DNA from: the human T2T-CHM13v2.0 reference genome, Homo sapiens
Length of the DNA stretch: 64,000 bases
Assembly: GCF_009914755.1 (NCBI RefSeq)
Contig: NC_060938.1
Direction: 5' to 3' (one strand)
Below are positions 63,216 to 64,000 of the stretch, in pieces; the stretch's first letter is position 1, and each line of letters begins with the position of its first letter. The notes under the pieces are model-generated. The model saw only the letters and a program-made list of their open reading frames with translations. It searched no databases and was not told the origin of the DNA. The position numbers were made by a program, and so were the translations under genes.

Positions 63216-64000
63216 ATAGACTTTACACTTGCCCCTCATGTCATGGTGAACACAACACATTCAAACATTAGGCCCGCCTCTCCAGTGAAGAAACTGAGGC
63301 TCAGAGAAGCACATGGACCTGGGATGCCTATCTGCTGGTCGGTTGAACCCCACCTTTTTCCAGAGAGGATCACAGATGGAAAGGAGGGACTGACTCGCAA
63401 GGTGGCCCTCCAGCCAGCCTCAGGGCCCGGCTCAGAGCAAGATCTGTCTTGGCACAAGTAGCCCAGCATCCCAGTGCCCCACCCAGCTCCAGGCAGGACC
63501 CAGGCACCCACAGGCAACCTCTGGCAAGGCATCATCCTGTGCCCTGGGGTCTGGCTGAGCACCAGGGAGCACAGTAGCACTCATGCCAGGAACAAGTCAG
63601 AGCCCAGGCCGGGCTGGAGGGCCCTGAGCTGCGGCAGGAAGCGGGCAGGCGAAGGCGGTACTGGGTGGAAGTGGCAGAGCATGAGGCCAGGTAGGACCAG
63701 CACTGGGGCACCTTCGTCCTCAAGTGGGGCTCTCAGCAGCCGCAGAACAGCAGGTAGGGCCAGAATAGCGTCTCCTAGAACTTCCTAGGACCTTCTGGCG
63801 TGCAGAATGACCCATGGGGAAGGCACTGGAAAGTCACCACCCAACCCACTCCTGATGCAGACGAGACCTGAGGAAGGGGCCAGAGATGCACAGGGTCACA
63901 CAGCAAGTAGCCAGGGCACTGCCTCCTAGGCCTTCTCCTCTCCTTGGCCGGGAGCCCCAGACCTTCTCCAACCCCCAAATGCTGCCAAACACCCCTGCTA

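Noticed and set aside
62864-63260. CV/YV-rich ORFs
   Set aside because: Translation of the (CA)n microsatellite.

Overview
This is primate (very probably human) nuclear DNA from a GC-rich, Alu-poor, MIR/L2/MaLR-rich region. I can support no protein-coding gene, tRNA, rRNA or CRISPR. The ORF track is explained by GC-rich chance ORFs, simple repeats and transposon remnants; the only real protein homologies are dead L1 ORF2 and ERVL gag/pro/RT fragments. Much of the window is old interspersed repeat: a MER96B > L1MC/L1MB > Alu nest, L1MB ends, Alu/FLAM, many MLT1/MST/MLT2 LTRs, LTR33, a deleted but ordered ERV3-16A3/HERV16-like (LTR16A) provirus, MER113A-like elements and one MADE1. Between the repeats are short non-repetitive, AT-richer islands with developmental-TF motif clusters that look like enhancers. 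The most unusual features seen directly are: (1) an 80-bp, 76/80-identical inverted copy 1.2 kb from its apparent L2 donor; (2) a ~65-bp copy of sequence 3.5 kb upstream inserted into an MLT2 LTR with junction microhomology; (3) a near-perfect, CpG-retaining MADE1 hairpin; (4) a PBX-HOX + MEIS motif module. I cannot identify the locus and cannot claim a new biological system from sequence alone. Repeat family names come from recalled consensus sequences, not a database search; most boundaries are approximate (tens of bp).
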